A stretch of DNA of 64,000 nucleotides from a virus: positions 73,891-137,890 of the IMG/VR virus record IMGVR_UViG_3300047585_000208, one strand, 5' to 3'. The position numbers were made by a program, and so were the translations under genes. This document shows, in pieces, positions 10,801 through 19,972 of this stretch. A model generated the notes under the pieces. The model was not told the DNA's origin and ran no database searches. It was given only the letters and a program-made list of their open reading frames with translations. Numbering within the stretch: position 1 is the stretch's first letter; each line of letters begins with the position of its first letter.

Positions 10801-11035
10801 GATTAAGCACCTCGGTTGGTTTGTTGGAACGCACGAGCAGCCGGGCGTACTCGGAAAGTGCATGAGTGAACAGGTTCCGATTTATCAGTGCGATTTGAAC
10901 GGGGTCCGTAGGCCTGGAACGCCTGTACATTACCTTGGGATTGAGTCGGCCGTGGCCCTGCACTGGGGCGAAAAAATAAAAAAAGAAATTGCGCTTGATT
11001 TAAGAATACCGCTTCAATATATTGCCTCTTCTTAA
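7802..11035 (+). CDS. polA: Family A DNA polymerase with N-terminal uracil-DNA-glycosylase-like domain and 3'-5' exonuclease
   Basis: UDG4-like VMVIGKWPG...VKPDYVLALG...HPAAVLH; exonuclease AIDCE and YALMD; Pol motifs A (EADFIGAE), B (RDVTKTLVFGLAYG) and C (QVHDA). Confidence 0.92.
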   Translation: MEDLELGTDIGYLVEALEPALDFYPLTAPGMPMPGPDFLEQAAVLDSKKPTYIGTGPDKRLLACSPVLTELYKDALYQPGFPLRVQVKGRTPETRFLPGHLWTDRPTGPRPARVMVIGKWPGLDEMNDSSYIAGDAMRLFMKVAKQFGVTTAEMAEWYVTAVIKHPNADVTSNKPPKRHITNCLILLEQELRLVKPDYVLALGSETFTALMGPGHGGVTEAQGTAFERKVDLRRSAEEPESWHYYKLVACIHPAAVLHDSAAYETAFEVGIKYFADMISGHVAAEVKPEINYQLIYNTQHLGAIVDEILAEDSAPAVAIDCEWQGEYPTEPGAWLRTIQFSHKPTFAACIVLRQAGGKVAFRGDHATLVRQLRRLLLGEGHRLVGHSVRSDLPWIQLGLDEQLGLDLIESSGVAATAELTKTEGGFDTMYAAHAVKETLKSYSLDMLGIQFCGLKNYAQDLERWKAAYCKEHKLDSKSLGGYGMCPDEILHPYALMDVIVTQELYRKFNDELLDCDEFGNSSRVPFWMTMRAHRAFLEMEMNGILIDRQRGEQLTATFLQARDELVAKLKKLFNWPTFNPRSAQQCKVALFGPQYSGKYVNGKPVDVRPEGALTLGLRPIKSSGKPSMNWNRVERMGLANVYSPCTDKETLGGLATLLKGSEVTGEADQFGYEHVCTLRNAKFIAHAVTSVLRKPKVDEQDNVVKDEEGNTEYEDGLLSFIQADGRIRTHIYSTKETGRVSNARPNTQAISKRRESSYKSILGKNYRFPMRTMLRATPGYVFVEADFIGAEIAMLAIQAGDEKLIDHVRRANLPDSDPQKYDVHASIAVKAFRLDCAPTKAGLKKVKRGDKTVDLSYLRDVTKTLVFGLAYGRGNEAIVRAVQEEGVLISASEAEAIRQAVLGEYSRLDPFFDACKARVTNPGWIRSCFGRYRRAGRIRTDDNGGTEREFMNFPIQGGIADATNVALENLRDYPARRDENGELKYKLSLQVHDAVLTEVMIKHLGWFVGTHEQPGVLGKCMSEQVPIYQCDLNGVRRPGTPVHYLGIESAVALHWGEKIKKEIALDLRIPLQYIASS

Positions 11036-11154
11036 GTTCCACTGTATTAATTTAAGTTTGTTTTATTTGAGTAATGCGTTACTCAACTTTTGGCGTAGAG
11101 GAATTATTCGCCAGTTAATTGACACTAGTAAACTGATTTCTTAAGGAGATTTTT

Positions 11155-12564
11155 GTGGCGCCACCTTTGACACCTCGGCCTCGCGGTAAGTACGATCAAA
11201 CGACTCAACTACAAGACAGGCAAAGTGGTTTAGAGACATATTTGCTGAATCCTGGGGTCAATGCGGTCTTGCGCAAACCGAGTTGGGGCGGAAGTGAGTC
11301 AATTTTTAGGTTCTGGCCGTCTCTTTCTTATGAGAATCCGGCGCAAGAAATGCAACCGTATCGTTTAGACGCGGCAGGTAAAAATCTGTTTTCCGATTGG
11401 ATAAGAAAATACGAGGTCATCGAGAGTGTTGGTAATCCGCCCATTACCATGTTTGCTCATACGCCAGATTTCGACTTTGTATATGATCCTTGGACTACTC
11501 CGATTGGAATGCTCTACAGCGCGGTTAACAAAGCCATTAAAGCACATACAGCCCCAGCTGAATGGTACAGTTTGACGGCACCAGCTGCTGGCAAATCTAA
11601 AGCGCTGTCTTTACCAAAGTCCAAGTTCGTAATGCAAGGTTACGTGGTCAAGCACAACGACAAGCTCACGTTTCGGCAAGGCGAAGCTCCGCTTGGCTGG
11701 GCTATTGGCGAGCCAACTGTAATTGTTATGGTGTCTGAGTCTGCGGGCGCTAAGATGCTCGAAAAGCTTTCTGTTGAAAACGAAAACTATAGAGGTGAAC
11801 CGTTTGATTTTAATGCTCGTTACAAAGAGGGTGATCCGGTTTCAATCGACTCAGGCTTGTTCGTTCACTTCTTCGAGGCTGGAAAAGATCCTCGTCAGAA
11901 GTACATGGCTAAGCCAGAGGTGCGGTCAGAAGCGACGGCACAATTTGTCACGACTACCTCTCGTGGTAATAACAGTGGAGCGCCGGAAAGCAAAGAGTTC
12001 AAGAGCTACGATCTCTTCTTCTCTAAAGACGCCGGGATGGGCTTGCGAGCCAATCTTAAAGGCCCTGGTGAAACGGACATTGTTCGTGATCACTGGCGGT
12101 TCTGGGAAGATGCACTTCGTTTCTTCAGTTATCAGGAACAAGCGCACCTCTTATATAATCGCTTTCCACCCGCCCTTTGTGCTTATGCTTTTAAGGATTA
12201 TTGCATCGATTGGTTGCCCGAAGATTACAAGGCCCGAGAGGCTAACGCGACCTCAGTGGGCTTCGCCGATGTTGTGCCACAACCACAACCCGGTAATCAA
12301 TTTACAGGCTTTCAACAGGCCCCGGCTACTACGTCGGCGCCTACGAGTCCTTGGAACGCACTGCCACAAGCTGTTCAAACTCCTCCTCGCCCCACGTCTC
12401 CTCAAGCTACACAAGACAGTGTAGTGCCTGTCGGTCAAGTTCCGACGGGTGGAGTAGAGGCTTTGGTTGGTGGAGAGTTTTCGACAGCACCAGCTACCCC
12501 TTCTGTGAGTGCGGCTGCAATTGCTGCTCTCAAGGCTGCCCGCCAGGTAGCCGGTAAGCGGTAA
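11155..12564 (+). CDS. Probable ssDNA-binding/replication accessory protein
   Basis: 469 aa between polymerase and recombinase with a P/Q/A-rich tail; function inferred from position only. Confidence 0.5.
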   Translation: MAPPLTPRPRGKYDQTTQLQDRQSGLETYLLNPGVNAVLRKPSWGGSESIFRFWPSLSYENPAQEMQPYRLDAAGKNLFSDWIRKYEVIESVGNPPITMFAHTPDFDFVYDPWTTPIGMLYSAVNKAIKAHTAPAEWYSLTAPAAGKSKALSLPKSKFVMQGYVVKHNDKLTFRQGEAPLGWAIGEPTVIVMVSESAGAKMLEKLSVENENYRGEPFDFNARYKEGDPVSIDSGLFVHFFEAGKDPRQKYMAKPEVRSEATAQFVTTTSRGNNSGAPESKEFKSYDLFFSKDAGMGLRANLKGPGETDIVRDHWRFWEDALRFFSYQEQAHLLYNRFPPALCAYAFKDYCIDWLPEDYKAREANATSVGFADVVPQPQPGNQFTGFQQAPATTSAPTSPWNALPQAVQTPPRPTSPQATQDSVVPVGQVPTGGVEALVGGEFSTAPATPSVSAAAIAALKAARQVAGKR

Positions 12565-12577
12565 GCTGTCTAAGTTT

Positions 12578-12610
12578 GGCCGAGGCTCTTCGGAGCCTCG
12601 GCTGCTTTTT
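12578..12610 (+). terminator. Intrinsic terminator-like hairpin
   Basis: GCCGAGGCTC-TTCG-GAGCCTCGGC followed by TGCTTTTT. Confidence 0.75.
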
Positions 12611-12623
12611 CCAAGAGGGTCAG

Positions 12624-13979
12624 ATGGGTAAGAAAGATAAGTGGCTGCTCGATTCAACTGACGGCCAATATGACAAACTCTTTGAGGCTGTCACGCGAGA
12701 AGCTAACGAGAAGTATCCGGGTAAGGTGTTTAGTGGTGGCGCTGAGTGTATGCGAGTCGTTTGCATTCCCGTTCCAGCGTTCTCTGTTCGCTATCTGTTT
12801 CAGCAGGACGGCTTTCCGCTGGGGCGGTTCACGATGCTAGTTGGCGAGCGAGAGAGTTGTAAGTCTGCGCTAGGATATGAGATCATGTCTTGGCACGGGA
12901 AAATTCCTGGTGGCGGTGGGGTTATGGTCCCTACAGAGAATAAAGACGCTCCGGAATTGTTCCGATCAATCGTGGGTTATAACCACCCACGAATGCGTAT
13001 TCAAGAATCTTGCAGTACATCTGCCGAGTGGATGGCTGTAACGAACATGTGGATCAAGCAGTTCCAGTCTTATATGGGTGGAACTAAGAAGGATCCAGGT
13101 CCCGGTAGGAAAGCGCCGATTGCTTTCCTTGTCGATTCACTTACTGCGAATTTGACCGCTGGGCAATACGAAGATCTGCATAAAGCCGGTACTCCGGCAA
13201 AGCACTTTGCTGAACTTGCGTTTGAGCTGACGGACTATATCAAGTATGTAACTCAGTCAATTAAGGGTTATCCGTTTAGTCTCATCGGCATTAACCACCT
13301 TAAGGTCTCGCAAGAGAAGGTTGGTATGTTCATGAAGAACATCCGAAAGGTTGGTGGCGGTGAGACTCTCAAGTTCTTTGAAACGACTGAAATTGAAATG
13401 CGCCGAATGGGCGGGACTGCTCCAGAGAAGCAGATTGACCGCATTAAGGATAATGAGCAAGGCATCCCTCTTGACATTATCATTCATAAGAACTCTTTAG
13501 CGCCGCACGAACGTATCTCAGTTGAGATGCTCTGGTGGACTGATTATGCGGATCGCGATCCAGCTGGGCACTTTAGACAAAAGACTATCTTCGATTGGCA
13601 CAGCGCGTCAATTGAGATTCTGGCGGAGCTTCTCAAGGGAGAAGGCGTAAAAGCTAAGCGGCTTAGAGAGGTCATTGACCTAACTGTCTCTACTGATTCG
13701 CGAACTGCGTCTTCAGTACTTTTGGGTATTGGGCCTAAGTCAAAAGTCAAGTACAGAGAAGCTGGGCAGATCCTTGAGGAGAAGCTTCAGAGTGACGAAG
13801 AGTTCCGCAATGCGCTTTATGCTGAGACCGGTATTCGGCGACGTTACTTATTTCAGCCAGATGTTGATTATCCGGAGCAGATCGCGCGAGCTGTGCGATT
13901 GGCCGCTGGAGAGCCTGTTGAGGCTAATGAAAATAAACTAGTGGAGGAGGTGCTAGGTGAGGTTGCGCAAGTTGAGTAA
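12624..13979 (+). CDS. RecA/UvsX-like recombinase
   Basis: FPLGR, divergent Walker A GERESCKS, Walker B FLVDSL, INHLK and GGGETLKF motifs. Confidence 0.82.
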   Translation: MGKKDKWLLDSTDGQYDKLFEAVTREANEKYPGKVFSGGAECMRVVCIPVPAFSVRYLFQQDGFPLGRFTMLVGERESCKSALGYEIMSWHGKIPGGGGVMVPTENKDAPELFRSIVGYNHPRMRIQESCSTSAEWMAVTNMWIKQFQSYMGGTKKDPGPGRKAPIAFLVDSLTANLTAGQYEDLHKAGTPAKHFAELAFELTDYIKYVTQSIKGYPFSLIGINHLKVSQEKVGMFMKNIRKVGGGETLKFFETTEIEMRRMGGTAPEKQIDRIKDNEQGIPLDIIIHKNSLAPHERISVEMLWWTDYADRDPAGHFRQKTIFDWHSASIEILAELLKGEGVKAKRLREVIDLTVSTDSRTASSVLLGIGPKSKVKYREAGQILEEKLQSDEEFRNALYAETGIRRRYLFQPDVDYPEQIARAVRLAAGEPVEANENKLVEEVLGEVAQVE

Positions 13980-14160
13980 GCCACGTGAGCCTAAACACAC
14001 GGTTCAACGGCATTGGACGTTCTTTTGGGATACCGAGTTATCCGAGAAGCGGATGATTGAGATATCCGAGTGGATCGGGTCCTTATCTTTGGAAGACAGA
14101 GGTAAGCTCACAGACCTAATGAAAGATCATACGGAAGATATTAACTTCCAGGAATTTTGA
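13957..14160 (+). CDS. Hypothetical protein
   Basis: 67 aa; ends at the TGA of the degenerate palindrome at 14158. Confidence 0.55.
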   Translation: MRLRKLSKPREPKHTVQRHWTFFWDTELSEKRMIEISEWIGSLSLEDRGKLTDLMKDHTEDINFQEF

Positions 14161-14193
14161 GTAACGCATCAATCAATCTTAAAGGAGCGGTTA

Positions 14194-14463
14194 ATGGTAG
14201 TGGACGAGGGTGGAGGTTGGTGTAATGGCAGCGGTTCAGAGGACTGCACTGGTCCCTTTAGTCATAACGATTTAATGTTATTTAATGGGCACTGGGTGGG
14301 TTGTGGCAATGCTTTTGGGGCTGGTAATGGCGCTGGAAGCAGTAAAGCCTCTGAATTTTCTTTTCCTTATGGTGGTGGTTTTACAAATGGCTATGGCGAC
14401 GGGGTTGGTTGTGGTGGCGGCAGCGCTAATGCAACTGGATTAGGTGGACCAAGGAGGGTTTAA
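14194..14463 (+). CDS. Small Gly-rich (GxG repeat) protein
   Basis: Palindrome plus AAGGAG RBS; GxG runs with Cys; ends GLGGPRRV. Confidence 0.72.
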   Translation: MVVDEGGGWCNGSGSEDCTGPFSHNDLMLFNGHWVGCGNAFGAGNGAGSSKASEFSFPYGGGFTNGYGDGVGCGGGSANATGLGGPRRV

Positions 14464-14516
14464 CTGAGCCCGTTTGAGGACATTTGAGTAGCACATTACT
14501 CAGAAAGGGGTAGTCG

Positions 14517-14777
14517 ATGATCTGTGAGGAAACTCAGGGCTGTAGCAGTGGTTTAGTAGACGGCGCGGGGCCAGTTAGTTTATTTCAGTTGCAAGCAGGC
14601 TCCTGCTGGTATGGGCCTGGCGCTGCTTTAGGAAGTGGTACTAGCGATGGGAGGGGTATAACAAATACTGTTGTTTATCCCTATAACGACAACACCTGTG
14701 GCTACGGGACAGGCACGGGGTGGGGCTCTGGAGACTATTGCGGGTTTGGTTTAGGTGCACCAAGGAGGCCAAGTTGA
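14517..14777 (+). CDS. Small Gly-rich (GxG repeat) protein
   Basis: Palindrome plus RBS; paralogous to the previous ORF (ends GLGAPRRPS). Confidence 0.72.
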   Translation: MICEETQGCSSGLVDGAGPVSLFQLQAGSCWYGPGAALGSGTSDGRGITNTVVYPYNDNTCGYGTGTGWGSGDYCGFGLGAPRRPS

Positions 14778-15298
14778 ATCCATTTGAAGACGCTGGTGTT
14801 GACGCTGAAGCTATGCGTCAGCTTTCAATCATGAACTGGGAACAGACGATTGTCAAGCGAATGCTCAAGTTTTACAAGATCGAGCATGAGGTGAAAGAGC
14901 TCAAACAGAAATGCTTTGACGCGACCGGTAAGTCTCGTCTTTTGTTCACTTGGTTCATGGAGCTTCATCCGGACTTTCCGGTTTGGTTTGGATTTGATAA
15001 AGTTAGATATCTGCACCAGTGGGATATGGAAAGCTTTCTTGGAAAGTTTTCTAAGTCTCCAGCGTTTAAAGCTTATGCAGATATTGAAGAGAAGATTCCG
15101 GATCGGTGGCTTGAATCGGGCAAGCCAACTGGTTTAGTATTCGAATACATCCACGGTATGGGCGCTGCAGTGATGTCTGACTGCGATCGTCCTCTTGGAG
15201 ACGATGACACTCGGATTGTGAAGTCATTTCGCAATCGAAGATTTTATTTCCAAGATCTTGGGTCGTTTTTGGCCGCACTGGGGTGGTCGCCATGTTAG
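14720..15298 (+). CDS. Hypothetical protein
   Basis: 192-aa ORF; true start probably ~14773 after AAGGAGG. Confidence 0.6.
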   Translation: MGLWRLLRVWFRCTKEAKLNPFEDAGVDAEAMRQLSIMNWEQTIVKRMLKFYKIEHEVKELKQKCFDATGKSRLLFTWFMELHPDFPVWFGFDKVRYLHQWDMESFLGKFSKSPAFKAYADIEEKIPDRWLESGKPTGLVFEYIHGMGAAVMSDCDRPLGDDDTRIVKSFRNRRFYFQDLGSFLAALGWSPC

Positions 15299-15543
15299 AT
15301 GTTCTTTCAGCCGGTCGTGGAGATGGTACTGGCCCGGCGGATAGAGAGGTTTACGCTATTTGCGCTTATGGAAGCCCATCGGAAAGCTCTGGCTACGGGT
15401 GTGGGCAAATCAATGCCGGCGGCTCGAAAGATGCAACAGGAGAAGCTACTGGTAAGATTTGTTCTGGAATAGGTTCAATAACTGGTTATGCGTACGGCGT
15501 AGGCGTAGGTTCTGGTTGTGTGAATATGACCGGTTTAGGCTGA
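15292..15543 (+). CDS. Small Gly-rich (GxG repeat) protein
   Basis: GxG runs; ends MTGLG at the TGA of the palindrome at 15541. Confidence 0.68.
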   Translation: MLDVLSAGRGDGTGPADREVYAICAYGSPSESSGYGCGQINAGGSKDATGEATGKICSGIGSITGYAYGVGVGSGCVNMTGLG

Positions 15544-15617
15544 GTAATGCATTACTCAATTTCTCGTCAGAGAATCATCTGACGCTTATCTAAATTTCAT
15601 CCAGTAAGGAGTCTGCT

Positions 15618-15923
15618 GTGGAGTACATTCCGTTTTGTCTACTTGGTACGGTGCTTTGGGTTTACGGCGCTAAGTTTATGGCGTCTATTATTCACGGGCA
15701 CGATAATTATAGGTTTGAAGATCTCCACGAGATGCCAACTGACGCAGAGATCATTATTTTGTCTATGGCTTTTTGGCCGTTCTTCTTATTGATTATTACC
15801 GGTGCCACTATTTGCGTTTCTTCGTATCGGGTATGCAAACGTTTTTTGTTTATAAGTAAACCTTTTGCGAGTAATAAAATAGGTATCTGGCTCGGCAAGC
15901 AATTGCGAGGATACGACCTTTAG
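15618..15923 (+). CDS. Small membrane protein
   Basis: AAGGAG RBS; two hydrophobic segments. Confidence 0.65.
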   Translation: MEYIPFCLLGTVLWVYGAKFMASIIHGHDNYRFEDLHEMPTDAEIIILSMAFWPFFLLIITGATICVSSYRVCKRFLFISKPFASNKIGIWLGKQLRGYDL

Positions 15924-15962
15924 CGCTAATTGAGTAACGCATTATTCAAAAGGAGCGGCGCA

Positions 15963-16292
15963 ATGCAAATTCAAGGTGTAACCCCTAAGATATGGATGGA
16001 TGCTGGTTCTGGATTTGAAAATGGAACGTTTGGTAGCTGGGAGTTTAGTCCGGGCTGCTTTAACAAAGGTTCAGAGGCTGGTCTGGGCACTGGTAGAGGC
16101 TACGAAGACGGTAGGGGCGAAGCTTTATATTATTATCCAGCTGCCGGCGCTGGCGGTGATCAAAGTGGTTGTGGGAATGGCGATGGCTCAGGAAGTTTAG
16201 GTGGGTTTGTGGACGGAATTAGCGAAAGTCCCAACGAATATGGCCGCGTGATTGGCAACATAAGAGCGCTTTATCGCATTCAATTTTCATAG
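15963..16292 (+). CDS. Small Gly-rich (GxG repeat) protein
   Basis: Palindrome 15931 plus AAGGAG, then ATG 15963; GxG runs. Confidence 0.7.
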   Translation: MQIQGVTPKIWMDAGSGFENGTFGSWEFSPGCFNKGSEAGLGTGRGYEDGRGEALYYYPAAGAGGDQSGCGNGDGSGSLGGFVDGISESPNEYGRVIGNIRALYRIQFS

Positions 16293-16301
16293 GAGGTTTA
16301 A

Positions 16302-16598
16302 ATGGATACTTGGGTTAAAGACGATGAGGCCGGATGTGCTGACGGAAGTGGGGGATTTAAGGTAAGCATGTTTGGGCAGTTCGGGCACGGCTTTGGGTGT
16401 GGGGCTGCAACTGGTAGCTGCAGCAGAAACGGAATTAATTGTGACGCAACGTTTTGTTCACCCGGCGATGAAGATGGAGATTCCGGCACTACTGGGGCGA
16501 CATACGGCAGTGGCGACCTAGGTGGACACGTAAGAGGTTGGGGTTACGGAACCGAATTTGATCTTTATAAATATTGTGCTACTGCAGTTATCGGGTGA
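16302..16598 (+). CDS. Small Gly-rich (GxG repeat) protein
   Basis: AGGAGG RBS; GxG runs with Cys. Confidence 0.7.
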   Translation: MDTWVKDDEAGCADGSGGFKVSMFGQFGHGFGCGAATGSCSRNGINCDATFCSPGDEDGDSGTTGATYGSGDLGGHVRGWGYGTEFDLYKYCATAVIG

Positions 16599-17745
16599 AA
16601 GCATGCTTGCGGCAGACCCAGTCTCAAAACACTTTAACCGGCACCAAGAAGCCGAGCTTCGAGAAGAGCTCGAAGCTATGGCCAAAGGGCTTATCGTTTA
16701 CGAGATTCACGATCCAGAAGAGCTAATGCTCGATAAGGAATGCCGAACTAGAATTGGCGGCTATCGCTTAAGCCAAATAGCTTTTCAAAGAATTTGTCAT
16801 TTGACTTGTACCCGCATCTTTGACATGCTTAACGATCTATCCGGCGTAGATAGAAGCGAGCGTAATGTTCGATCTGACTACTCAGTTGAAGAGGCTGTCT
16901 GGGTTTATAACCAGGTGGTCCGACGAAGGTTCGAGTCAAGGCTTGAGAAGCACTTTATTTCTCGCGATAGCCGAACTGGCACAATCGTTGGCATTATCGG
17001 TCCGAAGCACAGCGGTCTTCGTCTTTTGGATGTTTACCAACAAGTAATAGCGCAGATTATGGTCGACGGGTCAAAGACAGTTAAGTTTCTTGAAGCTGAC
17101 CTCAATGATCGCTGGCTTCTTCTGCGCTATTACTCGCCAAAGACAGTCGCGCTAACAACTGCTGACAAAGGGGAGAGAGACCGTTTTGTCGAGGGTTATC
17201 ATTTTTCATACCGTGAGGTAAATGGCAGCTCCGTTCGATCGGCTAAGATTTTGGTCAGAGAGCGAGGAATGACTTGCTCAATGTGGCCAATCTATGACAT
17301 TCGTCAAGGTAAACCAAACGGTAAGAGCTACAAGAAAGAGCTCCAAAGTAACATCGAGCGAGTAATTAGTTTTCCTTTCGAAGAAGAGCTTGACTTTAAT
17401 GCTCGAATTTCATATATGAAAGAGCAGCTACTTGGCGTTGGTAAAACAGACCCAGTAGCAGAGGATGACCGACGAACGGCGCTTGCAGGACAAATGTCAG
17501 GTTGCCTAAAGGGAACCTATAGGCACGTGTTTATTAGGGCGGTTAGGTCAATGCTAGCGAGGGGTAGTTATGACGCTGAGCCGCTTACATCTTTGACTTT
17601 ATTCAGAGAGGCAGTTTCGAAGAGGACGCTTTATGATCTTTTTAATGCGGTTACAAGGGAAGCAAAAAAGCTGCCAATAGACATGCGTGAAATGGTTGAG
17701 CATGTTGCTTGGAAGCTATTGTGTGGAAGAATCGTTATCAGGTAG
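16558..17745 (+). CDS. Hypothetical protein (possibly DUF932-like)
   Basis: 395 aa; LSQIAFQRIC, GIIGPKH and TLYDLFNAVT resemble DUF932-type proteins; start may be ~16603. Confidence 0.5.
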   Translation: MIFINIVLLQLSGESMLAADPVSKHFNRHQEAELREELEAMAKGLIVYEIHDPEELMLDKECRTRIGGYRLSQIAFQRICHLTCTRIFDMLNDLSGVDRSERNVRSDYSVEEAVWVYNQVVRRRFESRLEKHFISRDSRTGTIVGIIGPKHSGLRLLDVYQQVIAQIMVDGSKTVKFLEADLNDRWLLLRYYSPKTVALTTADKGERDRFVEGYHFSYREVNGSSVRSAKILVRERGMTCSMWPIYDIRQGKPNGKSYKKELQSNIERVISFPFEEELDFNARISYMKEQLLGVGKTDPVAEDDRRTALAGQMSGCLKGTYRHVFIRAVRSMLARGSYDAEPLTSLTLFREAVSKRTLYDLFNAVTREAKKLPIDMREMVEHVAWKLLCGRIVIR

Positions 17746-17754
17746 GAGACTTTT

Positions 17755-18591
17755 ATGGTTGGGGCTACGATGGTTAGGGAAAGAACACGCAAGGAAGAAT
17801 TTGAAGACATGGAGCTCGCTCGGGACGACATGAACGACGCGCTCCGTGAGCAGTACGACGGGATTTTTAGTCTGGTGTGCGATGACGCGAACACCCAGAT
17901 TCAGCATTATTGGCAGATTGGTAAAGTTGTTGACGACATTCTTGACAACGAGACAAAGTACGGGTCGGATGCGCTTAAGCGACTTGTGGCAGCTATGGGT
18001 AAGCAAACTCTTTCTTACTTTCATCGTGCCAGGAATCTTTATCAGCTGATTGACGAGATTGAGCTTAGGAAGATCCTTTCGTATAGGAGGAAGTATTCAA
18101 AACTGCCGGTTACGCTGTCGCACCTGTCAAGAATTACTGGTGTGACAGATCAAAGGAAACGACTAAAGCTGCTCACAGATCTTTGCGAGCAAGAACAGTC
18201 TTTTGATGAGTTTGTCGCGTCTGTCGATAAGACGCTTAATCGAACTATCGCCGAGCGTAACGCCGGTGGTCGGAAACACAAAGTGCCGGTTACTGCGATT
18301 GGCAAGGTCAGTAATTTCTGCGAGTCAGCTAGGTTCGTGTGTGCGAGGGCTGACCAGGTTTGGCTTAACGAGGATTACCTCTTCTCTAAAGCCATCTCTG
18401 AGACTGCCCCAGACAAGGTTACGCCAGAGCTAATCGAAACTATCGATCAAGCTATTGGCTGTGCTGTTGATCTGGAGTCTGCTGCCAAGAAGATTCGAAA
18501 TGAAGCTGGTAAGGCTAGAGAATTAGCAGCTAAGATTGCTGCAACTCACGCCGAGCAGCTTGGTTATGCCGATGTGGAGGGAATTGAATGA
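17755..18591 (+). CDS. Putative DNA-binding protein (YhcG/DUF1016 N-terminal-like)
   Basis: YWQIGKVV...KYGSDALKRL...LSYFHRARNLY pattern. Confidence 0.5.
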   Translation: MVGATMVRERTRKEEFEDMELARDDMNDALREQYDGIFSLVCDDANTQIQHYWQIGKVVDDILDNETKYGSDALKRLVAAMGKQTLSYFHRARNLYQLIDEIELRKILSYRRKYSKLPVTLSHLSRITGVTDQRKRLKLLTDLCEQEQSFDEFVASVDKTLNRTIAERNAGGRKHKVPVTAIGKVSNFCESARFVCARADQVWLNEDYLFSKAISETAPDKVTPELIETIDQAIGCAVDLESAAKKIRNEAGKARELAAKIAATHAEQLGYADVEGIE

Positions 18592-19409
18592 GTCTCCCAT
18601 CCGACTATAACCGAAACCGATCTTGGATTCAGACCTTCACAGGTAAGCAGTTCTGGCCGCTTGAGCCAGACGCTGAGAGTGTCGACATTCGCGATATAGC
18701 GCATTCACTTGCTCTGAAGTGTCGCTTCTCTGGTCATACGACTTGCTTTGCTTCTGTTGCGCAGCATAGCGTAATGGCAAGTCTTAACATCGTGCCAGAG
18801 TTTGCTTTGTGGGCGCTCCTTCACGACGCCTCAGAAGCCTATGTGCCAGATATCGCGAGTCCAATAAAGCCGTGGATTAGCGGCTTCAAAGAAATTGAAG
18901 ATAACATTCTCAAAGCTGTTGCAGCCAAATTCGGGCTCGTTTGGCCAATGCCGGACGCTGTCCACGAAATTGATTCTATTCTTCTGCTTACAGAGCGCCG
19001 AGATGTTATGCTGCCTACGAAACTACCGTGGGCGCAAATCTCGTTTAAAGCTAAAGGACTAAAGCCTCTTGAGGCTAAAATCAAACCCTGGAGCTGGCGC
19101 CGAGCGGAGAAAAAGTTTCTGAGCAGGTTTGAAGAGTTAGCAGGCGAGGCCAAACAAGAGGCCCCTGTTGACTACGCGAAGGTAAAAGCCCTTCGTGGTG
19201 GTGTAAAGCCAGTGGAAGAAGCCGATGACGACGATACATTCGTTTGTTTATCTCCAACAAAGGCTTCTCAAGTTTCATTGCACGATCCTGCCGAGTGTTT
19301 ACCTAGGGCTGGCTCTTGCAAGACGTATGAACCTAACAGGCTTAGATTGTATGGTGATAAAGCTGGGCGTTGGGATAACGTAGTTAGAGCTCTTGAGGAG
19401 GATCGCTAA
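18588..19409 (+). CDS. HD-domain nucleotide phosphohydrolase (YfbR/YfdR-like)
   Basis: IRDIAHSLA..CRFSGH...SVAQHS...ALLHDASEAY..DI.SP.K. Confidence 0.88.
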   Translation: MSLPSDYNRNRSWIQTFTGKQFWPLEPDAESVDIRDIAHSLALKCRFSGHTTCFASVAQHSVMASLNIVPEFALWALLHDASEAYVPDIASPIKPWISGFKEIEDNILKAVAAKFGLVWPMPDAVHEIDSILLLTERRDVMLPTKLPWAQISFKAKGLKPLEAKIKPWSWRRAEKKFLSRFEELAGEAKQEAPVDYAKVKALRGGVKPVEEADDDDTFVCLSPTKASQVSLHDPAECLPRAGSCKTYEPNRLRLYGDKAGRWDNVVRALEEDR

Positions 19410-19615
19410 TGGGTGCCTGGGGCGAGTTCATTTCTTGTGAGTTAGTATTTGCGCTTATTTTTGGGCTTGTTGGCTATGGACTTGGTGAAAGCGCCAGAGC
19501 CGTTTCTTTTGGGGTGGCTTTTGGCCTGACTTTCGGTTTGCTTGTTCTTGGTGGTGGTACGCCGGCTGTTGAAGAAGTAGAAGACGAGCCAGTTGAAACT
19601 CCTAAACCTGAGTAA
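19409..19615 (+). CDS. Small two-TM membrane protein
   Basis: Hydrophobic; the TAA stop lies inside the palindrome at 19609. Confidence 0.6.
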   Translation: MGAWGEFISCELVFALIFGLVGYGLGESARAVSFGVAFGLTFGLLVLGGGTPAVEEVEDEPVETPKPE

Positions 19616-19667
19616 TGCATTACTCAAACCCTTGGTAGAGGGTTTTTATCTACCAGAAGGGGCGGCT

Positions 19668-19868
19668 ATGAAAGTTGTTTGTGCTTGGTGTAGGGTTCAC
19701 ATGTCTGGGCCAAGCGAAGATTTGGTTATTAAGCCGGGTTTGTGTAGTGATTGTTACACAAGGCTTGAAAAGGAAATTGAAGAAACTAAGGCCAGCGCTA
19801 TAGAAGAAGTAAAGAGCCGCATCATGGAGGTTGACTCTGGTAAAGAAGATGTGGAGTATTGTGAGTAA
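19668..19868 (+). CDS. Small zinc-ribbon protein
   Basis: CAWC...CSDC; RBS AAGGGG. Confidence 0.65.
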   Translation: MKVVCAWCRVHMSGPSEDLVIKPGLCSDCYTRLEKEIEETKASAIEEVKSRIMEVDSGKEDVEYCE

Positions 19869-19972
19869 TGACACACGATGGCTTCACAACTGGACAAGCG
19901 TCAAAGTATATCAAAAGGCACCCTAAGACCTTGCAGACGCTTGATCGTGCCGGCAGATTGCCGGCCAAGTGA
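19868..19972 (+). pseudogene. Truncated IS607 TnpA (N-terminal HTH only)
   Basis: MTHDGFTTGQASKYIKRHPKTLQTLDRAGRLPAK* matches the IS607 resolvase N-terminal HTH pattern; no catalytic domain follows. Confidence 0.6.
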
